A stretch of DNA of 64,000 nucleotides from an uncultured Dorea sp. (GTDB taxonomy: Bacteria > Bacillota > Clostridia > Lachnospirales > Lachnospiraceae), in contig CAJTYU010000014.1 of NCBI GenBank assembly GCA_910584095.1, positions 8,710 to 72,709 on the forward strand, given 5' to 3'. A model generated the notes under the pieces. It searched no databases and was not told the origin of the DNA. It saw nothing but the letters and a program-made list of their open reading frames with translations. Each line of letters opens with the position of its first letter. Within the stretch, counting starts at the first letter, position 1. Shown piece after piece: positions 51,502-61,370 of this stretch. A program made the position numbers and the translations under genes.

Positions 51502-52470
51502 TTAACCCTTTTTCAACTCTTTGCTTACTGCTTTTGCAACATGCCAAAACATCACTGGCAGAATTGCATTCCCCAATGCTTTGTACTGCGCAGACTCGCT
51601 TCCAACTAATTTAAAATCGTCTGGGAAAGATTGAATTCTTGCAACTTCTCTTGGTGTAAAACGTCTATATCTTTCACCTTCCATAAGTACCGGATCAGTA
51701 CTATTTAAAGACACTTTTGCCAGATGCGCTCCTACTGTATTACAAGGTTTATTGATATCCTGCGCCCTTCCTTTATTCATACTTTCGCGCTTTTTCATCA
51801 TTCCCGCGACAGCTTTTTCACTAAAAAAATACTTTTCATCCACATGCTTTTCAATAACAGTTTTTAATGGTATATGTCTCGTTCCATCTTCAATTTCTGC
51901 TTTAGGAAATGAAAACACTACATTTAAGTCTTTTCTGAATCCCACAATAATAACACGTTCTCTTTTCTGTGGAACTCCATAATCTGCTGAATTCAAAATT
52001 TGATATTGTACATCATAACCGCTTTCTTCAAACTCTTTCAAGATTAGCGGAAATGCACTTCTTTTATTTGCTGTAAGTATTCCCTTTACATTTTCCGCAA
52101 CAAAACATTTAGGCTGTCGCTCTCTTAATATCCTACACATTTCAAAGAAAAGTTTTCCTCTTTCATCTTTTACACCCAAGCGTTTCGGATTTTGCGCCAC
52201 AATGGAGAACGACTGACATGGAAATCCTCCAGTCAAAATATCAAATTCTGGCAGTTCTTCTGTCTTGACTTCTCTAATATCGCGATTATCTGGTGTAATT
52301 CCAAAATTCTCTTTAAAAATATTGCATGCATTATCATCTATATCATTCGCATACACTATCTGCATATTATTAGAATTATAACGCTTTCCTAGGAAATCAA
52401 AACCTCCGATTAAACCAACATCAGTTCCTCCGCACCCACAAAATAGAGACGCAGCTTTTAATTTTTCCAT
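51502..52470 (-). CDS. DNA (cytosine-5) methyltransferase
   Basis: LFCGCGG, GFPCQ, ENV, QKRER, RIQSFP, GNA. Confidence 0.95.
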   Translation of the reverse strand: MEKLKAASLFCGCGGTDVGLIGGFDFLGKRYNSNNMQIVYANDIDDNACNIFKENFGITPDNRDIREVKTEELPEFDILTGGFPCQSFSIVAQNPKRLGVKDERGKLFFEMCRILRERQPKCFVAENVKGILTANKRSAFPLILKEFEESGYDVQYQILNSADYGVPQKRERVIIVGFRKDLNVVFSFPKAEIEDGTRHIPLKTVIEKHVDEKYFFSEKAVAGMMKKRESMNKGRAQDINKPCNTVGAHLAKVSLNSTDPVLMEGERYRRFTPREVARIQSFPDDFKLVGSESAQYKALGNAILPVMFWHVAKAVSKELKKG

Positions 52471-53920
52471 GTCAACAACTCCTCAAATCGTCCCACTTCT
52501 TTAGGATCAAATGTTATATCCGCACCATTAGAAGGTATCATATTTATCTTGTCCTTTTTGTAAAGTCCAACTGGATCTTGAAGTAAAAACAGTTTTCGCT
52601 CGTTCTTACTCAACATCAAATGATATACATAATATCTATCATGTGTACTGCTTGCCGTATTCCATTCATTCTTTGTAAGATGGATTCGATTGAAATGCAG
52701 CGGTTTTGAGCTAACGGTTGTTTTTACTTCTATATACCGCTTTCGTTCGTCCAATTCCACTGAACTAATGTCGTATCCAACTGCAAATTGTGTCGGTATT
52801 TGTTTAATTAAATGCAATAAGTCCTCACGTCCGCCCAGTTTAATCCGCATACACTCGTGTCCATGTACCAAATTTTCTCCAATATCCCCGATATCCTTTG
52901 TTGTAAACTTATCAAAATATGTAAAAATACGTTTTTCTAATATATCATCTCTTTGAACAAGTTCAGCCAAACCGCTAGTTTCTACATTCGTTGTATTTTC
53001 CTTTAACTGTTTTAATTCTTCTTCATCACTTGCAATATATGCCAGAATATCAGTAGAAAATTCTGTATTTTGCATATCTCTATTTACATAAGAAAACCAA
53101 CCGCTAACGCATGCTTTGATACCTTCCATACTTCCGCTTTTTTGGCTAATCATTGTATCATACTCACTGAACCATTCATTAGATTCGCAGAATTTTACTA
53201 TAGATTCCTCTTCCAATGTATTTAAATAATAAGTTTTACTATCATAAGTTTTTAAAAGATTTGCAATTTCCATATAGTCAACAATATCGCCAGCATATCT
53301 TATAACATCACCAGACTGATCATATGTTAATTCGTTTTTTCTATTCTGAGAAATCCGTTCCCAAGTTTTCTCTACGCTTTCACAATCTCTCGTAACTCGC
53401 AAATCATTGAACATGCAATGACATATTTCAAACTTCGTAATTCCAACAGAATTTCCACCATCACGATTGGCATATCTCAATAACTTTAAAATATATTGTG
53501 CTGGCTTAAAATGAATTCCCTTTTCAATTTGTTCTAAAACTCTATTCGGTTTTATATGTGCCCCCGGGTATTAAAAATTATAAAGAAATATTTTAAAACA
53601 CTCCACTAAGTCTCCACTTTCAGCAAGCTCTATCGCACGTCTTCCCGGTTTATCTGTTGTCTCTGTATGTTCAATAAAACCAAACAATGCTGATATTTCT
53701 GTTCTCCAATTATTTATCGTTTTCAATTCTCTATGTGCATTTCCCGGATAGCGAAATAATGCGGCATTCACTTCCTCCACAAACTCATCTATTTGTTTTT
53801 CCCCAACACGAGAAATTTCTTCAGCAACATAAATCAACACATTTTCTATGTCGCCTTTAAATCTGGGCCGGACATGATGTATTCTAAAAAATATTCTTCT
53901 GGAACTTTATATTCTGCCAC
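52458..53920 (-). pseudogene. Type II restriction endonuclease-like gene (C-terminal PD-(D/E)xK, DUF3883-like), inactivated
   Basis: GTG start at 53920 overlapping the MTase stop; frameshift in the T6 run (53886-53891); in-frame TAA at 53571-53573; C-terminal GYDISS..YIEVKTT..LTKNEW. Confidence 0.8.
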
Positions 53921-54970
53921 TATTCTTCATCTCCTAATACTTTTTTCAACTGTTCTGCAATGCACTGTGCCATAAGCGGTGGAACTGCATTACCTACCTG
54001 CCTAAATTGCTGGGTCTTATTCCCTAAGAAAATAAAATCATCCGGAAAAGATCGTAGTCTTGCACATTCCCTAACCGTAGGCACACGATTATATTTATAG
54101 TGGAAATGATGCCGATGTCCTGTATCAATTGTTGGCGCTGGTTTATCACTCGCAAACCTTGTCCATGCAACATGAAAGTTTCTACTATTTATATATTCAT
54201 CTGGTAAATCTTTATAATTCCCCCCATCTGGAACTAAGGAAATTATTTTTTTCACTCGCTCGGAATGACGCGCCGCAATATGATTTTTAACCGCCTCAGA
54301 ATTTTTACGCATTATTTTGTGATATTCATTTTGTGGTTGTGTCAAATATTCTAAAATTTCTTCTCCAAGTTCATTTTCTAATGCTGGCAAATCCGATAAT
54401 GCCATTTTACAACTTACTTTCATTTATCTCGGGATATACAAATTCTCCAACTTTGGTTCCTACAAAAACTACCCTCTTCCTGCTTTGCGGAACCCCATAA
54501 TCAGCAGCGCATAATATTTTATATCGAATCCGATACCCCATCTCTGTAAACTTTTCTACAATACTATCTTTAATCTGGCCTCCAAATAGTCCCACCAAAC
54601 CCGGTACATTTTCTATCACAAATGCTTTTGGCTGTATTTCCTGCACTAAGCGGATATATGATAAATATAATTTGTTTCTAGGATCATCAAACTTTCTCGG
54701 TCCAGAAAGAGACATCCCCTGACATGGCGGTCCGCCAATAATAACATCAATTCTCTCATCACCAATCAATGGTTTAATATCTTTTTCATATGTTATTTTT
54801 GTTATATCCCCACAAATTGATTTGGCACCATTATGATTTAATTCAAATGTCTCTAATGCTTTTGAATCATTATCTATTCCTAACAATATGTTATATCCCG
54901 CCTTCTCAAATCCATAAGACAGTCCTCCGCAGCCGCAAAATAAATCTATCGTATTCAACTTATTTTTCAT
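53920..54970 (-). pseudogene. DNA (cytosine-5) methyltransferase split by a frameshift
   Basis: Motifs I-VIII (LFCGCGG, GPPCQ, ENV, QSRKR) in 54407-54970; TRD and motifs IX-X (RECARLRSFPD, QVGNAVPP) in 53920-54423. Confidence 0.82.
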
Positions 54971-55142
54971 TTTGTTTCTTTGCCTTTCTATTATCATCAG
55001 GTTTTTCTGCATTTTCTGGAATTGCCCATGCCTCCCCCAGTTTAAAAGTGCCTTCTATCCTATTTTCAGCACACAGTATCTGCACGCGTCTCTGTGAAAT
55101 ATTCCACTTTTTTGCCGCTTGCCCCGCTGTTATATAACCCAT
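54960..55142 (-). CDS. Small excisionase-like HTH DNA-binding protein (probable RM controller)
   Basis: YITAGQAAKKWNISQRRVQILC..RIEG..WAIP..KP; GGAGAGG RBS; first gene of the RM operon. Confidence 0.85.
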   Translation of the reverse strand: MGYITAGQAAKKWNISQRRVQILCAENRIEGTFKLGEAWAIPENAEKPDDNRKAKKQNEK

Positions 55143-55166
55143 ACCGTTACCTCTCCTTCTTCAATC

Positions 55167-55195
55167 ATTATATTCTACGGGACGAACAAACGCAA
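55167..55195 (-). promoter_or_regulatory. sigmaA promoter of the RM operon with an internal inverted repeat
   Basis: TTGCGT-17-TATAAT; TGTTC-n8-GAATA between the boxes. Confidence 0.7.
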
Positions 55196-55423
55196 GGATA
55201 TTTTGTCGAATATTCGTTCTTATTTCTAACAGGCTGTTGAAGAAGCAGATGGATAATCACTATAGGTGCATCAGCTCCTTTTTATGCAAATAACATAAAA
55301 ACAGGTTTTGTCTATTATTGGGAAAAGGTGATTTTTTGTATAACAAACGTTACACACTCACGCAATGGACGGTTTAACGTTGAGTACGCGTTCTCTGCAC
55401 TCACCCATGTCTATCCGATCCAC

Positions 55424-55462
55424 AAAAACTCAGGGTGGAAATGCAAAAACATTTCCACCCTG
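55424..55462 (-). terminator. Terminator of the hydrogenase operon
   Basis: cagggtggaaatg/catttccaccctg 13-bp stem, followed by TTTTT on the minus strand. Confidence 0.85.
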
Positions 55463-55479
55463 CTCTAGAAAGATATTCA

Positions 55480-57231
55480 TTAATTTATAGTACGTTTTAC
55501 GTAAGAGGTATGTAAGGTCTCATGCGCCTTATGGCTTCCCGGCTCGCCCAGATACTCGTCGTAGAGCTTCTTGATGGCCGGATTCTCATGGGACTTGCGA
55601 ATCTTTTTCGCTTCGTCATTCTTATAGAGAACGCTTGCGCGGATTCCTTTCACATCGGTAAAGTTGCGGACGTCGCCGGATACCTGCGGCTGTCCTCCGC
55701 CGTTTACACATCCGCCCGGACATCCCATGATCTCGATAAAATGGTAATCTGCCTCGCCGGATTTTACTTTGTTCAGGAGCGTCTTTGCATTGTTAAGGCC
55801 GGACGCTACCGCTACCTTCACATCCATACCCGCAACGTTGTAGGACGCTTCCTTGACTCCATTGGTTCCGCGGACTTCCGCGAACTCTAAGGTTGCAAGC
55901 TCTTCTCCGGTCAAAGTCTCAACGGCTGTACGAAGAGCGGCTTCCATAACGCCTCCGGTCGCGCCGAAGATTACGCCCGCGCCGGTAGATTCTCCCATCG
56001 GATCGTCAAAGTCTTCATCCGGAAGCGCGGTAAATTCAATACCGCAGCGTTTAATCAGCCTCGCGAGTTCTCTAGTGGTGATTGCTATATCCACATCGGG
56101 AACACCCGCCGCGTTCTGATCGTCGCGGCCGATCTCAAACTTCTTCGCCGTACACGGCATCACGCTGACGGATACAATCTTCGCCGGGTCAATGCCTTCC
56201 TTCTCTGCAAAATAAGTCTTTAACATCGCGCCGAACATCTGCTGGGGCGACTTACAGCTTGACAGATGCTCCGTCATATCCGGGAAGTAGTGTTCGCAGT
56301 ACTTAATCCATCCCGGCGAACAGGAGGTAATCAGCGGAAGAACGCCGCCGTTCTGTACCCGGTCGAGAAGCTCATGCGCCTCTTCCATTATCGTAAGATC
56401 TGCAGCCCAGTCTGTATCAAATACTTTATCAAACCCAAGCCTTCTTAAGGCTGCCGCCATCTTTCCTTCCACGTCGGTTCCCATTGGATATCCAAATTCC
56501 TCGCCAAGCCCAGCTCGTACGGAAGGCGCAGTCTGAACCACTACATACTTCTCCGGATCGGCGATTGCTTCTATGATCTGATCCGTGTAATCTTTCTCAT
56601 ACAGCGCTCCGGTCGGGCAGACTGCAATACACTGTCCGCAGGATACGCAGCTCGTCTCGCCAAGGCCCATGTCAAACGCAGATCCGATAAAGGTGTCAAA
56701 TCCCCTGTTATTTGCTCCGATTACGCCGACGCCCTGCACCTTCTCGCAGGTAGCCACGCAGCGGCGGCAGAGAATACACTTATTATTGTCGCGAACCATA
56801 TGCGCTGCCGAAGTATCCAGCTCATAATGATTGGACTCGCCCTCAAAGTAGTTCTCGTCCTCTACTCCATACTCGTGGCAGAGCTGCTGCAATTCACAGT
56901 TACCGCTCCGTACGCAGGAGAGACATTTCTTATCGTGGTTCGACAAAATAAGCTGCAGCGTCTTCTTGCGGGCCTGAATCAGCTTCGGCGTATTGGTGTA
57001 CACCTCCATGCCCTCATTCACCGGATGAACGCAGGCAGCCACCAGGTTCCTTGCGCCCTTCACCTCAACAATACACATACGGCATGCGCCGATCTCATTG
57101 ATTTCTTTCAAATAGCATAAAGTAGGAATCCTGATTCCCGCCAAGTGAGCCGCTTCAAGGATAGTAGAACCGGCCGGCGCAGATACTTTAAGGCCATTAA
57201 TTGTAAGATTAATATTTTCCATATTCTCCAT
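55480..57231 (-). CDS. hydA: [FeFe]-hydrogenase catalytic subunit (group A, bifurcating type)
   Basis: 2Fe-2S, His-ligated and 2x4Fe-4S domains; TSCSPGW, MPCTAKKFE, EIMGCPGGCVNGGGQP. Confidence 0.95.
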   Translation of the reverse strand: MENMENINLTINGLKVSAPAGSTILEAAHLAGIRIPTLCYLKEINEIGACRMCIVEVKGARNLVAACVHPVNEGMEVYTNTPKLIQARKKTLQLILSNHDKKCLSCVRSGNCELQQLCHEYGVEDENYFEGESNHYELDTSAAHMVRDNNKCILCRRCVATCEKVQGVGVIGANNRGFDTFIGSAFDMGLGETSCVSCGQCIAVCPTGALYEKDYTDQIIEAIADPEKYVVVQTAPSVRAGLGEEFGYPMGTDVEGKMAAALRRLGFDKVFDTDWAADLTIMEEAHELLDRVQNGGVLPLITSCSPGWIKYCEHYFPDMTEHLSSCKSPQQMFGAMLKTYFAEKEGIDPAKIVSVSVMPCTAKKFEIGRDDQNAAGVPDVDIAITTRELARLIKRCGIEFTALPDEDFDDPMGESTGAGVIFGATGGVMEAALRTAVETLTGEELATLEFAEVRGTNGVKEASYNVAGMDVKVAVASGLNNAKTLLNKVKSGEADYHFIEIMGCPGGCVNGGGQPQVSGDVRNFTDVKGIRASVLYKNDEAKKIRKSHENPAIKKLYDEYLGEPGSHKAHETLHTSYVKRTIN

Positions 57232-57237
57232 CCTCCC

Positions 57238-59133
57238 TTACTCTTTGTAAATAGCGCCAAAGCGGCATTTTTCCATACATGCTCCGCACTTCACGCACTT
57301 ATCCGGATTGATCGCATGAGGTTCTTTTACCTTGCCGGCAATCGCTTCATTCGGACAGATTCTTGCACAAAGCGTACAGCCCTTACACTTGTCGGCGTCA
57401 ATCTTGTACTGCAGCAGATCTTTACAAACGCCCGCCGGACATCTCTTATCCACGATATGGGCAATATACTCATCTTTAAAATAGCGTAGGGTAGAAAGTA
57501 CCGGGTTCGGCGCCGTCTGGCCAAGCGCGCACAGGGAATTAGACTTCAAGTGAGCGGCCAGCTCTTCCAGCCTGTCAAGATCTTCCATGGTTCCCTGTCC
57601 CTTTGTAATCTTATCCAGAATCTCCAGCATACGCCTGGTTCCGATCCGGCATGGAGTACATTTACCGCAGGACTCGTCAACGGTAAATTCCAAGAAGAAC
57701 TTGGCGATGTCTACCATACAGGTATCTTCGTCCATAACGATCAGTCCGCCGGAACCCATCATCGAGCCGATTGCAATCAGATTATCATAGTCGATCGGCG
57801 TATCAAATTTCTCTGCCGGGATACATCCGCCGGACGGTCCGCCGGTCTGGGCCGCCTTGAACTTCTTGCCCTTTGGTATACCTCCGCCGATCTCTTCTAC
57901 AATCTCACGCAGAGTCGTTCCCATCGGAATCTCTACAAGCCCCGTATTGTTTACCTTGCCGCCCAAAGCAAACACCTTGGTTCCCTTAGACTTCTCAGTA
58001 CCCATAGCGGCAAACCACTCTGCGCCGTTGAGGATAATCTGCGGGATGTTCGCCAACGTCTCAACGTTGTTCAAAATCGTCGGTTTCTGGAACAGACCCT
58101 TAAGAGCCGGGAACGGAGGACGCGGACGCGGCTCGCCTCTGTTTCCTTCGATGGAGGTCATTAACGCCGTCTCCTCGCCGCATACAAAGGCTCCTGCTCC
58201 AAGCCTCAGTTCAATATCAAACTTAAATCCTGTTCCGAAAATATCCTCGCCAAGCATACCGTATTCTCTGGCCTGCCTAATTGCAATATTCAAACGCTCT
58301 ACCGCGATCGGGTACTCGGCGCGTACATAAATATATCCCTGGGAAGCGCCGATTGCATAGCCTGCGATCGCCATTGCCTCCAGCACCACATGGGGATCGC
58401 CTTCCAGTACGGAACGATCCATAAACGCACCCGGATCGCCTTCGTCTGCATTACAGCAGACATATTTCTGATCCGCTTCATTGGCAGCGGCAAACTTCCA
58501 CTTCATGCCGGTAGGGAATCCGGCGCCTCCGCGTCCTCTTAAGCCGCTGTCTAACAGCGTCTGGATCACGTCCTTCGGCTCCATCTCGGTCAGCACCTTC
58601 CCCAACGCCTCATATCCATGGGTTCCTATGTATTCTTCAATATCCTCGGGACTGATCACACCGCAGTTCCTAAGCGCAACCCTGTGCTGCTTCTTATAGA
58701 AGTTCGTCTCCTGCAGAGGAAGCACCTCGTCGCCCTTTACAGTCTCATCGTACAGAAGCCTCTTCACCACATTGCCTTTAGCTAAATGCTCCTCAACGAT
58801 CTCCGGAATATCCTCTTCCTTCACCATAGAATAGAAGGCTCCTTCCGGATACACAATCATAATCGGTCCCAATGCACACAAGCCAAAGCAGCCTGTCTTG
58901 ATCACACATACTTCCTCTTCCAGACCGTTCTTCTTAATCTCTTCATCCAATCTTTCCCTGATCTTCTGGCTTCCGGATGACGTACATCCTGTACCGCCGC
59001 ATACCAGTACATGAGCGCGATACTTGCCATGTTCTGACGCTAAGGCGTCTGCCAGAGATTCATGTTCAGAACGATACTCTACAGTTCCCTGCATCTTTTC
59101 TCTTATTACACGTAATTCTTCCAGAGATTTCAT
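57238..59133 (-). CDS. hydB: NuoF-like flavin/NADH subunit
   Basis: GLRGRGGAGFP, NADEGDPGAFMDR, GAGAFVCGEE, ESCGKCTPCR, C-terminal 2x4Fe-4S. Confidence 0.95.
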   Translation of the reverse strand: MKSLEELRVIREKMQGTVEYRSEHESLADALASEHGKYRAHVLVCGGTGCTSSGSQKIRERLDEEIKKNGLEEEVCVIKTGCFGLCALGPIMIVYPEGAFYSMVKEEDIPEIVEEHLAKGNVVKRLLYDETVKGDEVLPLQETNFYKKQHRVALRNCGVISPEDIEEYIGTHGYEALGKVLTEMEPKDVIQTLLDSGLRGRGGAGFPTGMKWKFAAANEADQKYVCCNADEGDPGAFMDRSVLEGDPHVVLEAMAIAGYAIGASQGYIYVRAEYPIAVERLNIAIRQAREYGMLGEDIFGTGFKFDIELRLGAGAFVCGEETALMTSIEGNRGEPRPRPPFPALKGLFQKPTILNNVETLANIPQIILNGAEWFAAMGTEKSKGTKVFALGGKVNNTGLVEIPMGTTLREIVEEIGGGIPKGKKFKAAQTGGPSGGCIPAEKFDTPIDYDNLIAIGSMMGSGGLIVMDEDTCMVDIAKFFLEFTVDESCGKCTPCRIGTRRMLEILDKITKGQGTMEDLDRLEELAAHLKSNSLCALGQTAPNPVLSTLRYFKDEYIAHIVDKRCPAGVCKDLLQYKIDADKCKGCTLCARICPNEAIAGKVKEPHAINPDKCVKCGACMEKCRFGAIYKE

Positions 59134-59169
59134 ACTGTTCCTCCATTTCTCCCAAATTCTGACTAATCG

Positions 59170-59664
59170 CTACTCATATTTTGCAAGGATATCGTCGATA
59201 TCCTCAACCTTCAGCCGTCCATACACCTCGTCGTTAATGGTCATAACAGGCGCAAGTCCGCAGGCGCCGATACAGCGGCATGCATCCAGCGAAAATCTTC
59301 CGTCCGCCGTACACTCTCCGCCCACAATGCCAAGCTTCTCCATCAGCTTGTTGTAAATATCGCCGGAGCCCTTAACATAGCATGCCGTGCCAAGACAGAC
59401 AGAAATCTGATATCTGCCCTTGGGGCTTAAGTTAAACTGGGAATAAAATGTAGCTACTCCGTAAATCTTCTCCAAAGGAATACCAGTATGATCGGAAATC
59501 ATAGTCTGCACCTCGATTGGAAGATATCCATAGATATCCTGCGCTTTCTGCATAATCGGCATTAACGCGCCTTTTTCATCTTTCAGCTCTTCTATTACCG
59601 CCAGCAGTGCTTTTTCCTGTTCTTCAGTTCCACGAAATGGAACCGTAGACTTTTTAGAAAGCAT
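59170..59664 (-). CDS. hydC: NuoE-like 2Fe-2S subunit
   Basis: YGVATFY, VCLGTAC, RCIGAC..AP. Confidence 0.95.
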   Translation of the reverse strand: MLSKKSTVPFRGTEEQEKALLAVIEELKDEKGALMPIMQKAQDIYGYLPIEVQTMISDHTGIPLEKIYGVATFYSQFNLSPKGRYQISVCLGTACYVKGSGDIYNKLMEKLGIVGGECTADGRFSLDACRCIGACGLAPVMTINDEVYGRLKVEDIDDILAKYE

Positions 59665-59760
59665 GTGATTACCTCCCTCTCTATATTATTTAGTTCACGC
59701 TTAACCTATATAGTATCTTAACACACAAATTGTCTAAATTCTACAAAAATTTGCATAAAT

Positions 59761-59860
59761 TATTGTTAATTTCTACCCATTCCTGTTATTTTTCGCGCAG
59801 TCCTGTTATTTTTCGCACATTCCTGTTAGTTTTCGCACATTCCTGTTAGTTTTTTCACTA
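59761..59860. repeat. Five in-phase 20-bp tandem repeats upstream of hydC (Rex-operator-like)
   Basis: tattgttaatttctacccat / tcctgttatttttcgcgcag / tcctgttatttttcgcacat / tcctgttagttttcgcacat / tcctgttagttttttcacta. Confidence 0.85.
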
Positions 59861-59917
59861 TGTCAGGCATCACGCTCCGTCACCCGCCATAAATTACATA
59901 ATACCGCGGCAGTACAG

Positions 59918-60151
59918 TTAATTCTCCATCTCTACAAGTAAATAAAAGCCTCTGTCCGTCTCCTCTATTTTCCGGATAATGCCTGTTCTGGCCTTTATCC
60001 TCTCTGTTGTCCGGTAAATCCCCGACATAGCCACGGAAGGCTCTACCAAATAGGTATACCTTCCGGCGCTGGGGCTTCGTTCGCTGATCGTTACCTCCTG
60101 CCCTTCCTCTACCTGTCCCGGCCGTTCCATCTTAAATCGCTCCTGCCTCAT
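59918..60151 (-). CDS. Small hypothetical protein
   Basis: Protein-like composition with a purine-rich RBS; function unknown. Confidence 0.6.
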   Translation of the reverse strand: MRQERFKMERPGQVEEGQEVTISERSPSAGRYTYLVEPSVAMSGIYRTTERIKARTGIIRKIEETDRGFYLLVEMEN

Positions 60152-60156
60152 TGTTC

Positions 60157-60402
60157 TCACCATCCCTTTCCCTTTACAATATCCTCTTTAGTCCCACTGT
60201 CTTTCCCTGTTAAGAAAACTCCCGCCCCCGCTCCATAATCGATAATCCCGGCGCATATCACCCACATGGCCAGATATCCCACAGGCGGTATGTTAGTCTC
60301 CACGAATCCAAACACTACTAAGATTACGCCCATAGCGCCCGTTCCGGCTGCCATCAGTACAATTCTTCCTGCTTTACACATAAAAAACACCTCACTTCCC
60401 AT
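60157..60402 (-). CDS. Possible small 2-TM membrane protein
   Basis: Two hydrophobic stretches; GAGGTG RBS before MCKAG; overlaps the next gene. Confidence 0.4.
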   Translation of the reverse strand: MGSEVFFMCKAGRIVLMAAGTGAMGVILVVFGFVETNIPPVGYLAMWVICAGIIDYGAGAGVFLTGKDSGTKEDIVKGKGW

Positions 60403-60506
60403 AGCCAGACTATAGCAAATAAGGTGTCCCTTAATCCGTACACTATTCCATACTTATTGGACTGCTAATGTTCAATAAGGTATACTTAACGAACTGTTAC
60501 TATTCG

Positions 60507-61310
60507 TTATTGTATAATTCTAAAATCTTCATCTGCTTCTAAATCTTCATCCGTATCCAGCTCCGGCTCATCCTCCAGATCATCCTCCGCATCCTCGTCG
60601 TAGAGGTCATAGTCCTCGTCTATCTCCTCGTCCAGATCATCATCTAAGAGCATTCTCGCCTTTTCAACCTCCGTCTCTCTGGATATCTGCTGTTTCTTCT
60701 CATCAGCTTTCTCTTCCTGCCTTCTGCCTACCTGTCTGGAGCGCATAATAAACTGCACGGCCATACACAGAATGATCAGCACAAGAGGAACGGCAATCAC
60801 TGCGATGAGATTCTCACCGAGCCCCACCATCGATACGATGGCGCCGCCCGCCATAAAACCTCCGCTAATCGACGTGACAATAATCACAAGCGGGTCAAAG
60901 ACCTTCACCGTAACAACCGCCACAACCAATCCAAGCACAAGGCTGAGCCCAAGCACCGGCAAAGTGCTCATCTTTGTGATCAGCACACATAGCCCGGTAA
61001 CAAGAAATATCATATAGAAGAATATCCCGATCTTATAAAAGATGCAGGCAAGCACTGCCATAAGAAGCGCCGCTCCTAACATAACTCCCACGGAGGCCAT
61101 CTCCGGCAGTTCTGCCGCAGCAGCAATTCCGCCGCCTGCCGCCGCTCCCAGAAGAAATCCCATAAATGCTGCCCACACTCTTACCAGCTTCAGCCCAAAC
61201 AATCCTACGATCAGACCGATCACAATTGTAATAATCAGTACGGTCATGTTCTGCAGGAAGAGCATTCCTGTTCCGGTTATCTGATCAATTCGTGTTATTA
61301 CATCATTCAT
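60507..61310 (-). CDS. Multi-TM membrane protein (TMEM198/DUF4203-like) with acidic tail
   Basis: GLFGLKL..GFLLG, TSISGG, C-terminal D/E-rich tail. Confidence 0.75.
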   Translation of the reverse strand: MNDVITRIDQITGTGMLFLQNMTVLIITIVIGLIVGLFGLKLVRVWAAFMGFLLGAAAGGGIAAAAELPEMASVGVMLGAALLMAVLACIFYKIGIFFYMIFLVTGLCVLITKMSTLPVLGLSLVLGLVVAVVTVKVFDPLVIIVTSISGGFMAGGAIVSMVGLGENLIAVIAVPLVLIILCMAVQFIMRSRQVGRRQEEKADEKKQQISRETEVEKARMLLDDDLDEEIDEDYDLYDEDAEDDLEDEPELDTDEDLEADEDFRIIQ

Positions 61311-61370
61311 TATCCTTCTCCTTCGCGTCTTTTCATCCGTCCGCAGCCTCAAATAATTCTACAGATCTGC

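Noticed and set aside
59761..59860. CRISPR array
   Set aside because: Units are contiguous 20-mers with no unique spacers, and there are no cas genes.
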